Assembly: GCF_964213995.1 (NCBI RefSeq)
Contig: NC_135809.1
Location: forward strand, 91,698,001-91,762,000
Length of the DNA: 64,000 nucleotides
Reading direction: 5' to 3'
DNA from: Mustelus asterias
Taxonomy: Eukaryota
Position numbers and translations under genes: made by a program. Shown piece after piece: positions 26,401 to 39,240 of the stretch (the stretch's first letter is position 1; each line of letters opens with the position of its first letter). The notes beneath the pieces were generated by a model, which was not told the DNA's origin, searched no databases, and saw nothing but the letters and a program-made list of their open reading frames with translations.

Positions 26401-29400
26401 TATCGTATTAAAGGAGGCAATGGCCTAGTGGTATTATCACTGGACTATTAATCCAGAAACTCAGCTAATGCTCTGGAGACCCGGGTTCAAATCCCGCCAT
26501 GGCAGATGGTGGAATTTGAATTCAATAAAAAATATCTGGAATTAAGAATCTACCGATGACCATTGTTGATTGTTGGAAAATTTTTCACTAATGTCCTTTA
26601 GGAAAGGAAATCTGCCGTCCTTACCTGGTCTGGCCTACATGTGACTCCAGAGCCACAGCAATGTGGTTGACTCTCAACTGCCCTCTGAACAAGAGCAACT
26701 AGGAATGGGCAATAAATGCTGGTTAGCAATGACGCCCATGTCCCACGAATGAATTTTAAAAAACTGTACTCACTTTCCCCATCCAACCCTACTTCCTTCT
26801 GTGTCTGCTCCTGGGAAAATAAACTCTCCCAATTCACTTTCGACTGCAGTTTCAACAACTCACTGCCCAGCCTTTGGCTTTCTGTCCAACATAACATTTC
26901 CGCAGACACCAATCTTCTCAACCCCATCTCGCCCCACTTTTGATGTCTTTATTCTCAAATACATTTCCGGCCTCTCCTGGCTTATTTTCTTTACTGCAAA
27001 CCATTTTCTTAAACTTGTCTCCTTCATACTCGCCTCCAATAACGTGTGTGATAAGCTCATGGGCTACTTTGTTATTAAAATTGAGACCATTCAATCAGCT
27101 GCTTCTGCCCTTTCCCTAGCCCATGGACCCAACTTCTTTTGGGGTTCTTCCCACTCTAGCCCTCAACAGAAATCTTCCTCTAGTTTCTCTCCGATCTCCC
27201 ATGTTTGCTTTTGGAGCTCATCTTTTCTGTGTAACACATCTCCTGCTCCCTCGACCCTATTCCCACTCAACTGCTAACCACTCAACTTCCCTTCTTGGTC
27301 CCCATGTTGGAGGATATTGTTAACTATTACCCCTCTTCTCAGGTTCTGCCCCCTCCTCCTTCAAGTCTGTTGTCATCACCCCTCTCCTCAAAAAACAAAA
27401 ACCACCCTTGATTTCTCTGTCTTCCATCTCCAATCCTCCTCCTCTTTCCAAAGTGCTTGAACATGTTGCCCCTTGGTGTCAAAAAGGTATATAGGTTAGG
27501 TGGATTAGCCATAGTAAATGTGCAGAGTTATGGGGATAGGGCAGGGGTGAGCCTAGGTAAGATGCTCTTTCAGAGAGTTGGTACAGATTTAATGGGCAGA
27601 ATGGCCTCCTGCACTGTTGGGTTCTATGAAGACAAAAGAGCTGGTGGTGAGGTTGAGCTGGATGTCATCATCAAAGGCATCAAATGATAAACTGTAGGGC
27701 AGTTCCATGAAGGAAAAAGCAGGAAAAACTCCTTGTTTTTTTTATATACTCTATTTTTATTGTGGGCTCACATATAGTGTTGAAGTTTCCCCAGATCTTT
27801 CTGCTCCGAGTGGAACATTTTAAAATGAAAATATATATGTGTATATTTTGAAGTACTTGCAGCTCACCTGATAGCCCAGTGGGGAAGATGCAACCTGCAG
27901 CAGCCACTCCCTTTCTGTGGCAGAAACATTGCAGAGCACTATACACAGCAGTATGCAAAAAGAGTGAACAGCAAGCATTAAGGAGAAAGAAGAGCAGGAT
28001 TGGGAGGACAAAAGCTTAGTCAAAGGTTGCGAAGGCTTTTGAAAGCTGGAAATGTTGGAGTTATTGAGGACAAGATTTCCTAAATGCAGGAGCAGTCGTG
28101 GTTGAAATACTGGCGACTTCTGGCTTTGAAGGAGCAGGGCACAAGGAAAATGAGAACACTGGTTTTAGAGTGAAGGGTGCGAACATGGGCTTGCAGCTAG
28201 AGAATAAAGCTGAGGTAAAGCATAGCAAGGCCATGGACGAGTTTGAAGCTGAGACCCTACATCTTAAAATCAACTTGAGTTTGGGCATCCAGTGACAAAT
28301 AGATATAATTCCCTTCCTAACCACCCATTTCCCTGCATCATCCCTCAGCATCATGTTTGATTCTTTACCTCATTCCTCAACATGGAGCACTAACTTTTCT
28401 AATGTTGTATACCTAGGTTTGGTTTATCTCTAATTGAACTAAAGATCATGTTAACCCTGAGGTACTACTCTTCCCAGAGCAGCCATGGCTTTGTGTTAGC
28501 ATTCTCACCTCTGAGTCAGAAGGTTAATAGTTCAAGTCCTATTCCAGAGACATGAGCCATTTAATCCAGTTTGACACTTCAGTGCAGCTCTGATGGAGTG
28601 CTATGCTGTCAGAGATTACCTTTTGAATGAGATGTTAACTCAACTACGTCTGTCCCATTAGGTGGATATAAAAGATGCTGCAGCATTATTTCAAAGATGA
28701 ACAGAAAAGTTCTTCCCTTCTCAATCAAGATCACTAAAAATAATCTGGGTGTTATCACATTGCTATTTGTGGATTCTTACTGTGAGCAAATTGTTTGCAG
28801 TATTTCCTATATTACAATAATGACTGCACTTTTACATAGTACTTCATTGGTTATAAATTGCTCTGAGGTGTAGTGAAGTTATAAAAGGTGCTAGTAAAAT
28901 GCAAGCTTTCCTGTTTTAACTTCCCAAGACCAGATTTTTAAAAAGGTTTTTTATTTGTTAGTGTCGCAAGTAGGCTTACATTAACACTGCATTGAAGTTA
29001 CTGTGAAAATCCCCTAGTTGCCACACTCTGGCACCTGTTCGAGTACACTGAGGGCGAATTCAGCATGGCCAATGCACCTAACCAGCACATCTTTCAACTG
29101 CGGGAGGAAACTGGAGGACCCGAAGGAAACCCACGCAGACACGGGGAGAATGTGCAGTCTCCGCAGAGACAGTGACCCAAGCCAGGAATTGAACCCGGGC
29201 CCCTAGTGCTGTGAGGCAGCAGTGTTAACCACTGTGCCACCCTGCCGCCCTACCTGAACAAGCTGAGATCTTGAAATACCCCTCATGGCATCCCTAATGC
29301 AGGTCACATGCTTCTGACAGTAGATGTTATTTTGGACCTTGCTGTGCTCTTTCATACCTATACTGGTTGAGATGTCTTAGTTCATTTGAGAGTCAGTAAC

Positions 29401-32400
29401 AGTGGTTACCAGGATAATCTGACTGGACACCATATCCTGGGATTAGAATTAACAAAACCAAGGGAAACGTTCATGTTTGGGGTCTGTCGGGTCTAATAAA
29501 GTTTGCAACAAAGCAAACACAGAAGTTAAAATGTACCACAAATAAAAACAGAAAATGCTGGAATTGCCCATCAGGTCAGGTAGCATCTGTGGAGAGAGAG
29601 ACAGAATTAACATTTCAGGTGGATGGCTTTTCATCAGAACTGAGTACTTATGAAAGTATTTGACATTACTGAACCTGAGAAAGTCTCTATGAAAGACCCT
29701 CAACATATAGAAATTCTGTGGTTGAAACTCCAAAAATGTCTTGTAGTTACAGAGACCAAGGCAAGATGCAATAGAATCTGACAAAGAAGGTGCTTGTAAT
29801 TAAAATTAAAAGAATCTTAGGAGAGGCGAGAGGATCGAAAGAGGGTGAGGAATCGAATAATAGAGGGAGTTTCAATGGTGGAATAGAACTGGAACATGAT
29901 CAATCATGAAGTGAGCAACTTGCCTTGATGAGAAGGAAGCAGTTCACTGTTAGAGACTGGGTTAAAGATTCCAGATGTTGACTTCTGTGGAACACATTGG
30001 ATGGGAAAGCAGTGAGCGGCATGGGGAAGTAAGGTGACATGGGGCAGAAACTGCTGATTGAGTGTTGATTAGGTGAGGGCTGATGCCTTTTGTGGCTCAA
30101 GAGTTTCTAGGATCATAAATGAAGTTTGAAGCACCAGAGGTGATAGAACTGTATTATAGCAAGAAGCCACCACTTTGGTGGGGAGGAGCGAATGTATAAT
30201 GAATTCCGTCATTAACTTACTGTTAATTTTTTCTTAGGTTCTAAGGGGAATCTGTCCCAGCGTAAAGTGCCTTTCTCTATTAGCCTGGTGCTACTTGGAC
30301 CATCAACAATAATGGCTGTTTATTATATGCTGCTCCAGACTTATGTTCTGAGGCTGGAAGTGATTATCAATGCAATACTATTAGTATTTTACGTCTTTGA
30401 ATTGCTTCTGTACATTGTGGGTTTGATAAGCTTCTCAAGGTGAGTTGAACAATATGTCCTTGTCAATTTCTAGATGTTAGTTTTTCTTAAATGGTTGTGC
30501 CTTGTCTGCATTTAGTTGTGTAAATCTCACTAATATAAATGTTGTTACTGGTTTGAAAGTGACACTGAAATTTTGAAGTATTTCCTGCCAATATGAACCC
30601 AATCCATCCTTCCTTCCTTATAAAAATATTGATTCTTGCTGCGTTGCAGTCTTGAGCAGTAGCGTGCCTCACACAACTTGGTCAGTGACCAATTTTCTTA
30701 TGAGAGACTGATCAGTTGGTGTCAGCAGGCTATTTTTCTTTGACAGCATTGAAATTGAGCCAATTCCTAGTCCAATATTCATTGGAGAATAACAGATAGT
30801 TATCAGGAGTGGGAACCTTGGCTAATGGTTTTTCCACTTCTAGACACAAGGCCCTTCTACTTCCCAGTTGTGATAAACTAACTCAACACTGAGGAAGTTT
30901 GAATTTAGGCCCTTCAACACATGTTGTTTAATCCAAAATCATATTGTGCATAGAATCATCACTATGAAAGTTATCCTTTTCTTCAATTATGGAGAAAGCT
31001 ATGTAATATGAGAGAAGACAGAGTACATCAAATGGTAATTGGGTGACATTTGGTTTTGTGAGACATCTTTTGTGAGGAAAGAAAGACTGAAGGAGGCAAA
31101 CCATTCTGGAATTCTCTGTCCTGAGAAAAGTGAGGTATATTAGGACACGGGGAATACATTTTGATTTCAAAATAGAGAATGCAAGAAAAAGGAATAGTGA
31201 GAAGGTTTTTTTTTAAACTTTGAATTAGAATAGCCTGAATCAAGTGAAAAGGATACTTCCACAAAACTGCTCCATCAGATAGAGTAGAGGCAGAGTGAGA
31301 AAAATTGATTGTACTGTACAAAAGTAAAAAAAGAACAAGGCTATCAGACTTACTTAAACTTGTTCCATCCGGTGGGCAGTGTAAACTTGTACAGTGAACA
31401 TTATCCTCAAATAATGTCACCTCCAGGAAAAAGCAAAAGAAACAAAACCCAATTCCCACTAAATTTTGAGATTGTTGGGATTTTTTGCTCTATGCAGGAA
31501 CTAGGAACAGGAGTAGGCCTGTGAACCTGCTCCACTATTTATTATGATCATGGCTGATCATCTAACTGAATAACCTGTTTCCTCTTTTCCCCCTATATGC
31601 TTTCATCCCTTCAGCCCCAAGAGACATATTCTTGAAAACATGCAATATTTTGTCCTCAACTGCTTTCTGTGGTAAAGAATTTCACTCTATGGGTGAAGAA
31701 AGTTCTCTTCATCTCAGTCCTGACAGTGCCAGAGATCCGGGTCCATTTCGGGCCTTGGGTGACTGATTGTGTGGAGTTTGCACATTCTCCCCAAGTCTGC
31801 ATTTGTTTCCTCCAAGTGCTCTGGTTTCCTCACACAGTCCAAAGGCGTGCAGGTTAGGCAGATTGGCCGTGCTAAATTGCCCCTTTAGTGCCCCAAATTG
31901 TGTAGATTAGGGGGACTAGTGAAGTAAATATGTGGGGTTACAGGTATAGGGTTTGGGTAAGATGCTCTTTCAGAGAGTTGGTGCAGATTTGATGGGCTGA
32001 ATGACCACCTTAAGCACTGCAGGGATTCTATGATTCTATAAATGGTTTACCCCATTTCCTCAGACTGTGACCCTTGGTTCTGGACTCACCTGCCACTGGG
32101 AAGATCCATCCTGTATCTATCCTATCCAGTCCTGTTAGAATTTTATAGGTTTCACTGAGATCCCCCCCATATTCTTCTAAACTCCACCGCATATAATCCT
32201 AACTGATTCAGTCATTCCTCAGACATCAGTCTCACCATCCCAGGGATCAGTCTGGTACACCTTCGCTGCACTCCCTCCATAGCAAGAACATCCTCCTTCA
32301 GATAAGAAAACTACACACAATATTCCAGATGTGGTCTCACCAAGGCCTTGGATAACTGCAGCAAGACATCCCTGCTCCTGTACTCAAATCCTCTTGCTCG

Positions 32401-34845
32401 GAAGGCCAGCATACCATTTACCTTCTTCACTATCTACTGTACCTGCATGCTTACTTTCAGTGACTTGTGTGCAAGGACACCCAGGTTTCATTGCACATTC
32501 TCTCCATGTTTGCATGGGTTTCCTGTGGGTGCTCCGGTTTCCTCCCACAGTCCAAAGATGTGTGGGTTAGGTTGATTGGACATGCTAAATTAACCCCTTA
32601 GTGTCCCGGGATGTGAAAGGTTAGCGGGATTAGTAGGGTAGCTAAGCGGGGATAGGACCAGGGTGGGATTGGTGTCGGTGCAGATTCGATGGGCCGAATG
32701 GCCTCCTTCTGCACTGTAGGGATTCTATGATCTATGAACCTCCTGTTAAATAATGGGGTTACATTAGCTACCTTTCAGTCCATGGGAACTGTTCTAGAAT
32801 CTATAGAATCTTGGAAGATGACCGCCAATGCATCCACTATTTCTAGGGCCATTTCTTTCAATACTCTAGGATGTAGATTATCAGGCCCTGGGGATTTATC
32901 AACCTTCAATCCCATCAATTTCCCCACACCATGTCCCAACTATAATAACCCCCATGAGTTCCATGGGGAAATCTCTAATTGACCTCCCTGTGGGACTTAT
33001 TGAATATGAGTTCCCTTGGTAACAGGCCTGCTCAGGTGGAACTCGTCATCTGAACGCTTTACAAGACAAACATCAGGAAGGATCTGCAGAACTATTATCC
33101 TAACTGAGATTTGTGTATGTATGCCATGGGGTAGTGGCTTTACTTTACGTTTAGCAATAAATACTGTTCCTTTCCAGTTGGGCTTCCTGAGATATTACAC
33201 CTACTCATACGGATTTCCTACAATTGCTCCCTCTCACTAAACACGGTGTTCCCAACGTTTTTGGTATGTTTGTGTGCTCCTTTGTGAAGACAGAACCAAA
33301 GTATGCATTTAGTTGGTCAGCCATTTCCTTGTTCCCCATTATAAATTTCCCTGTTTCTAATTGTAAGGGACGTATGTTTGTCTTCACCAATCTTTTATTC
33401 TTCACATACCTATAGAAGCTTTTGCAGTTGGTTTGTTTTGTTCCCCGCAAGCTTACTCTTGTACTCTATTTTCCCCTTTTTAATCATTCCCTTGGTCGTC
33501 CTTTGTTAAATTCTAAACTGCTTCCAATCCTCAGGCCTGCTGTTTTTTTCTGGCTGATTTGTATGCCTCTTCCTGATTTCCCCTGTAAATCATGGTTTGG
33601 CCACCTTTCCCGTTTTATATTTGCACTAGACAGGAATGAAGAACTTTTGTAGTTCACTCATGTGTTCTTTGAATGTTTGCCATTGCCTATCCACCATTAT
33701 CCCTTGAAGTAATATTATCTAATACATCATAGCCAACTTGCACCTCATACCATCACTCTTTTCTTTATTTAGACTCAGCACCCTAGTCTCAGAATCAACT
33801 ACGTTACTCTCCATCTTAATGAAAAATTCTATCATATTATGGTTGCTCATTCCACCCCCCCCGAAAAGGGGCCTCGCACAACTAGATTGCAGATTTCTCA
33901 TTATACAATACCCAGTCTAGGATGGTCTGTTCTTCGACTTGGTTCCTCAACATATTGGTCCAGAAATCCATCCCATGCATACTTCTGGAATTCCTTTTCT
34001 ATGGTATTGTTACTAAGTTCATTAGCCCAATCTAAATGCAGATTCAAGTCACCCATAATTATGTATGTTTCTTTATCACATGCATCTCTAATTTCCTGTT
34101 TAATGTCATCCCCAACATCACCACTACAGTATGGGGTCTATACACGACCTCACTAATGTTTTTTGCCCCTTGGTGTTTCTCAGCTGCACCCATACAGATT
34201 TCACATCATGGACATAATACCCTTACTCACTATTGCATTAATTTTCTCTTTAACCAGCAATACAAACCTTTTTGTCTGTCCTTCCTAAATACTGAATATC
34301 CCTGAATATCCTACATTCTTAAATGGCTGTGCAGTGTTTGCATTTGATTGTATAAATCTCACTCATATAAATCTTGATAAAAGTTTGAAAATAACATTGA
34401 AATTTAGAAATATTTCCTGCCAATGTGAAGCCCATCTACCTTTCTTCTTGTAAAAGTATTGCATTCTTTGCTACTACAGTCAAACAAGTTCCAGGAGTCT
34501 AGAATTGTTCATTATGATTCATAGTTTAAATTAATTAAACTTTTATCCCCACTTCTGGCAATGTTTTCTTCTCTCAGGAACATATCAAGTGTCCTTTAAA
34601 AGAAGCTGTAAAGATCTCATGATTGTATCACTCACCATGTGTTGTGGAAATTCATGCAAGGAAACACTGACTGAAAATCTAATCTAACTCTTTGCCTATG
34701 TGTTTAATGGGTCATTACCTCTAGTCCTATTGCTCTCTATTTAAAATATTGAAGTAATTTCCATGTGCAAGTATCTATGGTAGCTGAAAGACTATTCTAA
34801 TTTTTAAGTTTATTTTGTTTTCTTAGTGTAATCATCAATGACTGA
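20457..34845 (+). CDS. TMEM216: Transmembrane protein 216 (transition-zone MKS module, TMEM17/80/216 family), 144 aa; join(20457..20466,21062..21078,21430..21523,25940..26032,30238..30439,34827..34845)
   Basis: Translation MARAKPPPVLSLSSMEVLLFLNTWYYAAYFVAEILLFIYKSLLLPYTPANLILDLVMLFLYLGVEVIRIFFGSKGNLSQRKVPFSISLVLLGPSTIMAVYYMLLQTYVLRLEVIINAILLVFYVFELLLYIVGLISFSSVIIND* matches TMEM216 (LLPYP.ANL.LD, GNL.QRK, LLQTYVLRLE). It lies directly downstream of TMEM138. The last small exon is less certain. Confidence 0.93.
20555..20573 (+). repeat. (GT)n microsatellite
   Basis: gtgtgtgtgtgtgtgtgtg in TMEM216 intron 1. Confidence 0.8.
21062..21078 (+). CDS. TMEM216: TMEM216 17-nt microexon (A-K-P-P-P-V)
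   Basis: ttttcatttgcag|CAAAACCTCCTCCAGTT|gtatcctttt (U12 donor). It is required to bridge phase 1 to phase 0. Confidence 0.85.
21079..21429 (+). other. U12-type (minor spliceosome) GT-AG intron of TMEM216
   Basis: 5'ss GTATCCTTTT; branch-like TTCCTTAAT at 21409-21417, close to the AG at 21428-21429. Confidence 0.85.
21430..21523 (+). CDS. TMEM216: TMEM216 exon 3 (94 nt)
   Basis: LSLSSMEVLLFLNTWYYAAYFVAEILLFIYK; donor A|gtaagt. Confidence 0.92.
21833..22620 (-). mobile_element. Degraded CR1 fragment
   Basis: Tail cataagaaataggaacagg; ORF 21960..22280 RRNFLSQRVVSLWNSL. Confidence 0.7.
23704..24243 (+). mobile_element. CR1 3' fragment
   Basis: ORF 23694..24149 PYLRKDILALEGVQRRFTR...RTRGHSLK; tail ttcttatgttcttatg. 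Confidence 0.9.
24250..24900 (-). mobile_element. L2-like LINE fragment
   Basis: Remnant ITHVLTDLH...ILKF typical of L2 ORF2 C-terminus; purine-rich strand. Confidence 0.55.
25186..25482 (-). mobile_element. HE1-like SINE
   Basis: Reverse complement of the 6680 family, full length. Confidence 0.8.
25940..26032 (+). CDS. TMEM216: TMEM216 exon 4 (93 nt)
   Basis: SLLLPYTPANLILDLVMLFLYLGVEVIRIFFG; ag|...|gtaagt. Confidence 0.93.
26045..27460 (+). mobile_element. Degraded L2-like LINE fragment with nested tRNA-SINE
   Basis: Pyrimidine-rich strand; ccccctccttcaagtctgttgtcatcacccctctcctcaaaaaa (VPSSFK.AVITPLLKK-like). Confidence 0.55.
26413..26757 (+). mobile_element. tRNA-derived SINE sharing its 3' tail with CR1-like family B
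   Basis: A box tggcctagtgg, B box gggttcaaatccc; tail gggcaataaatgctgg..gacgcccatgtcccacgaatgaat. Second copy at ~39540-39878. Confidence 0.75.
28490..28910 (+). mobile_element. Ancient Deu-domain SINE (SacSINE1/AmnSINE1-like)
   Basis: ctctgagtcagaaggtt..gtgcagctctgatggagtg..gagatgttaa..ggtggatataaaagat..tcacattgct..; related copy at ~40310-40660. Confidence 0.55.
28950..29250 (-). mobile_element. HE1-headed SINE variant with alternative 3' tail
   Basis: Same head as HE1-like copies, but the tail is ..ctaggggattttcacagtaacttc..taagcctacttg; plus-strand copy at 38980-39240. Confidence 0.7.
30238..30439 (+). CDS. TMEM216: TMEM216 exon 5 (202 nt)
   Basis: GSKGNLSQRKVPFSISL...GLISFS; ag|...AG|gtgagt. 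Confidence 0.93.
31495..34310 (-). mobile_element. Long degraded CR1 (endonuclease-to-RT remnants) with nested SINEs
   Basis: ORFs 33205..33450 (KSFYRYVKNKR...EMADQLNAYFGSVFT) and 33719..33901 (NHNMIEF); SINE pieces at ~31725-32040 and ~32490-32735. Confidence 0.75.
34827..34845 (+). CDS. TMEM216: TMEM216 probable last coding exon (S-V-I-I-N-D-stop)
   Basis: Strong polypyrimidine acceptor tttattttgttttcttag|T GTA ATC ATC AAT GAC TGA, phase compatible. Confidence 0.6.
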
Positions 34846-35399
34846 GAATCTGAAGAGATGGAATGAGGCCCTTAACCGATGAAATGTTTCTCTACCCTGA
34901 CTTCAAATTAATTGTAACATATTTTATGCTGTTTTTGTAAGTGGTTGTCTTAAGGATAACATTTCCAATATTTTGTACAGTTATATCTTCACTCGATTTA
35001 TTTTGCTCAATTTATTTTGTTTGTTGTGTTCCCTTTCTTTTGTTCTCTTTTCCCAACATCAGCTGTGGAAAGCAGTTTAGATGTTAAATCCACTCTTGAG
35101 TCAGCCCTATTTGGGTGTATGAGGGCAACCTTGAGCCATCTTTCACTCTGGTTTGTTCCCTCCTTGTAAAGCAATGTAATCTTTGGTGAAATGTCTCTGC
35201 ACGCACCCTTATTTGCTCTCTTTCTCTCATGCTTTCTGAAAGCTTTTAACTCATGCAGGCTTATGGCCAAATTTCATTTGTGAACCTACAATGAGTGTCA
35301 ATAAGTCCAAATGGAGTGTTAGCTGTGGAAGGCATCAAAGTCAAGTCTGATTTGACCCACAGGCAAATCCATATGCAAGCATACTTTCTTGAGTGTCAA

Positions 35400-36160
35400 A
35401 AGATGGTCATCAAGAATAACCTGCTTGATTCCTCCTCACTATTCTGAGGACATTGATGTATGTCAATTGAAGTATGTAAAGGATCTACAAAATATTGTAG
35501 ATCAAGTCCAATCTAGAAGTTTAAGACTATGGATTGAATATGAACGTGAAAAAGACAAAAACAATGGTATTGGAAGGAATATATTAGAAGAAATTAGATT
35601 GAAGTGGATGGTTTCACACTGAACAAGTAGATAGGTTTGCTTCTGTAGGACAAATTATAACAGAAGATGGCAGGTGTGATATCAAAATTAGAAGAAGGAT
35701 AGAAAATGGAGGATGTGAAGATGAAGTATGTGTTAACAATAAGAAAACTCAAGCTTGTAACAAGGAAAAAAACTCTCAAGATGTGAAATTCTATCCACTT
35801 TTCTGTATGCTTCAGAAACCTGGACAATAAGATCTGTGAGGAGTCCTTTGAGATGTGGATGTTAAGACATATTCCACATACAGACCTTAAGATAAATGAA
35901 GAGGTATTTGAAATGTGAAAAGTGCAAAGAACTCTAAAAAGTGACATCAAGAAAAGAAAATTTCAGCTTTTGGCCATTTGATCAGAACTGAAAAGCTACA
36001 GAGATCTCCCCTAGAAGAAAAAATGGAGGGCAGCAGAAAGAGGAGTTGACCTAGGCGTAGTTAAATGACAGATGTCAGAGTGGTTGCAGAAAAAATACAG
36101 TGGGCAAGTGTGAAAAGTTACAGATGAGCATGACAGTAGATCTCCTGCCAGGAGTATCTA
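35400..36160 (+). mobile_element. Degraded RTE-like LINE fragment
   Basis: Remnant STFLYASETWTI...FEMWM motif. Confidence 0.5.
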
Positions 36161-38979
36161 CAAGCAGCAGCATAAGTATATAATACAGATGGCTGCGGAG
36201 ATATAGGCCAGAGATCAGATCTTCCTGATTTCAGTGGCTTGGTATTATATCATAAAATGTATTTTACCCTCTGAATGATGAGGGATTCCATCTAATATTT
36301 TTAATTTAATACACTAGTGGATCTTTCTTACCATTCTTACCATTTCTTACCATTACTAAATCTGAGTATATAATGTTTGAGTATTCTATCAGAGAATGCA
36401 CAATGGAAAGGTCCTTGAGACTTTATTGATCATCCAATGACTTTCTCTTAGTGCCTCTGTTGCTTTCTGAATTAATTATATGTGCCTCTTGCTTCTGAAT
36501 TACCTGGGTTTTAGATCTAGTTCAAGTTAGTGAAGACTGCTGTCTTTGTACAATGCTGCTGTCATTCACTGGAACAGCTGTGCTGATCTTTGAGGTTTAG
36601 CTCTGCTTTCCAGTTCCACCTTGAACACTAATGACTGTACAGGCTAACAATATTTTAACATTTAAATCTTTGACGGACAACTCTTTGCCATGACACTAAA
36701 ACTCCAACTTCTTTTACACCTGTCCAAAAATAGACGGTCAATAGACCACACTTAAAGTACTTATTTTCCTTCCAAAATATGAATGTGGGTACTAAGAAAC
36801 TGACCATAGAAACATCAAAACTGGAGTAGGCCACTTAGTCCCTCAAGCCTGGTTTGCCATTCAGTAAGATCTTGCTTGATATGCAACGTAACTGCCTTTG
36901 TTCCATATTTTCTCAAAGGCTTTGGCTGAATATATCAATTTCAATTTTAAAACTATCAGTTGATCTAGGATCAACATCAGACTCACCGAAGGAATGATAA
37001 TCAATCATTTTACGACAAAATAGTCCTTACTTTCCATCAGAAATACTTGCAAAAATATTTGTGTGATCATACTTGCCCAAGTTCCTTTTGCCATCCATGG
37101 TGATTTGCTAATAATCAAATGTTTTTAATCAGTTATTGTACCCTTCCTTAAAATTTGGGTTAAGGCTAGATGGTGAAACAATTCAGATAAAAGTTGTGGG
37201 CTGTATCAACTGAACTCCCATTCACTGGTTGTTGAGGCTCACTTTGTTAACTGAAGCACACGTTGATGTTGTTTTTCCTTTTCTTCATGTCTTTGCCTAT
37301 ACTGATATTTATTTCAATCATTGTCAATCCTCCTTGTAGCTGTGCCATTAATTTTCCTCTTTGTTAGCCTACGTATGCTACCAATAGCTCACCTCCACCA
37401 ATGAGACAATTCTGAACTTTTGTGCTCCTAGTAACTTCTATTTGCTTATGATAACTTCACCTTAAAATTTATATATCCTGTTTGGACTATGGATGAGATT
37501 TATCCCACTTTAGCTGCCATCAGTTGATAGGGTTTGGTTACTCTCAGTAGTTTAACTTGTGTTTGTAGCAAGTGGGAATAAAAACAAGTGTTCATGCACC
37601 GAATCAGCACCTTTACGGCAGAATTGGTGGGTCTATAAGAATTACTGTTCTAATTGCAATATCAAATGAAATGCAGTAAATACTGCAGATACAGATTTGT
37701 CCTTTTTAAGCACAGTCGCATTAAAAATATACTACGGAAATTCTTGTCACTGGCACATTGTGTGGTTACAGAAAATCACTTGGGTATGTTCTGAGATCAC
37801 TAAAGGATTCTTTTGTGGCTGGGAAGTTTTTTAAACTAAGAAATTACTTTTTATACTTTTTTAAGAGTGTGATATAAATTTGTATCATTAGAAACATCTT
37901 TGAATAGTTTACTTATGTGTATAATACATACCTTTCTAACTGTACTAACTTGCTTAATCACAGAAACATCCTCATTGTATTTATGGAAAGAAATGTAATG
38001 TTATATCTATTAGCAGATTATCTTAACTTTAATTTGTGTGATTTATATATTATATATTTGTACCAGTTTTTTAAACTGTCCTCATTTAAATAATCTTCTC
38101 AGCCAAATTAAAGCATTTTTATAAAATCTATGATTTTTTTTTAATACATAGGGAAAACAGTCTGGGTAACACAACCTGGGCTCCCTAGCTGGAAATACTG
38201 CTATTTGGAGCCTCTTTTATGCCAATTAGTCCCACAAGTCTGTTTTGCCATTCACAGATCATGGCTGGTCTGTGACCTGTTTCATATTTCCCAAATCTTA
38301 TCAAGCTCAGATTTAAAATAAACAACAATTGATGTTAGGTCAAATATTAATCAAAGAGAGCTTCCAACTCCTACTGTTGTACATTGTGGGCGAGATCTTC
38401 TGGCTCTTCATGCTGGCAAGATCTTCTGGTCCTGCCAACAGCGCTCCCCTGCCATGGATTTCCTGGCGACGTAGGTGGATTCAATGGGACATCCCATTTG
38501 CAACAGCGAAAGCAGAAGATCCTGCCACGGGCCAATGGCGGGCTGCCTCCCACCACTGAGAAACACGCCGCAAGGAGGCTGAGAATCCTGCCGAATGTTT
38601 CCTAATTTCACTCCTGAAAGTTCTCTCTCTAATTCTTGGAGATTATAGGTCCCAGTCCTCAACTTCCCAACCAGCCTCGAGATATACAAAGGAATTAACA
38701 GATTTGATAGAATTTTTATAATATACACTCAAAAATATGTTTATGGTGTGGTGGAGGCAACCTTTTTCCTTTTCTGCATTTTTATTATAGAAAACCTCAA
38801 AGACACTTTTCGTAGTTTGCACTGTGCCAATAATTGTTGAACAGGGTCCTTTAAAGCTGTACGACAGCCATACCACATGTGACAGAGTCTGCAGATTTGA
38901 GTCACACTTGTGACTGTCTGAGTAATCTATCATCCAGAGATCTTACATGTGCTTCTAAAAAAACAAAACACAAGTATAT

Positions 38980-39240
38980 GGGGCAGCACGGTAGCACAGT
39001 GGTTAGCACTGCTGCTGCACAGCGCCAAGGACCAGGGTTCGATTCCCGGCTTGGGTCACTGTCTGTGTGGAGTTTGCACAATCTCCCCGTGTCTGTTTGG
39101 GTTTCCTCCCACATTCAAAGATGTGCTGGTTAGGTGCATTGACCCGAACAAGCGCCGGACTGTGGCGACTAGGGGAATTTCACAGTAACTTCATTGCAGG
39201 ATTAAGGTAAACCTTACTTGTAACTAATAAATAAACTTTA
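38980..39240 (+). mobile_element. HE1-headed SINE variant with alternative 3' tail
   Basis: gggcagcacggtagcacagtggttagc...gtggcgactaggggaatttcacagtaacttc...taataaataaact. Confidence 0.72.

Noticed and set aside
38386-38600. GC-richer segment with several short ORFs
   Set aside because: It looks like a small non-autonomous repeat with weak terminal inverted repeats; no coding or splice evidence, and the family cannot be assigned.
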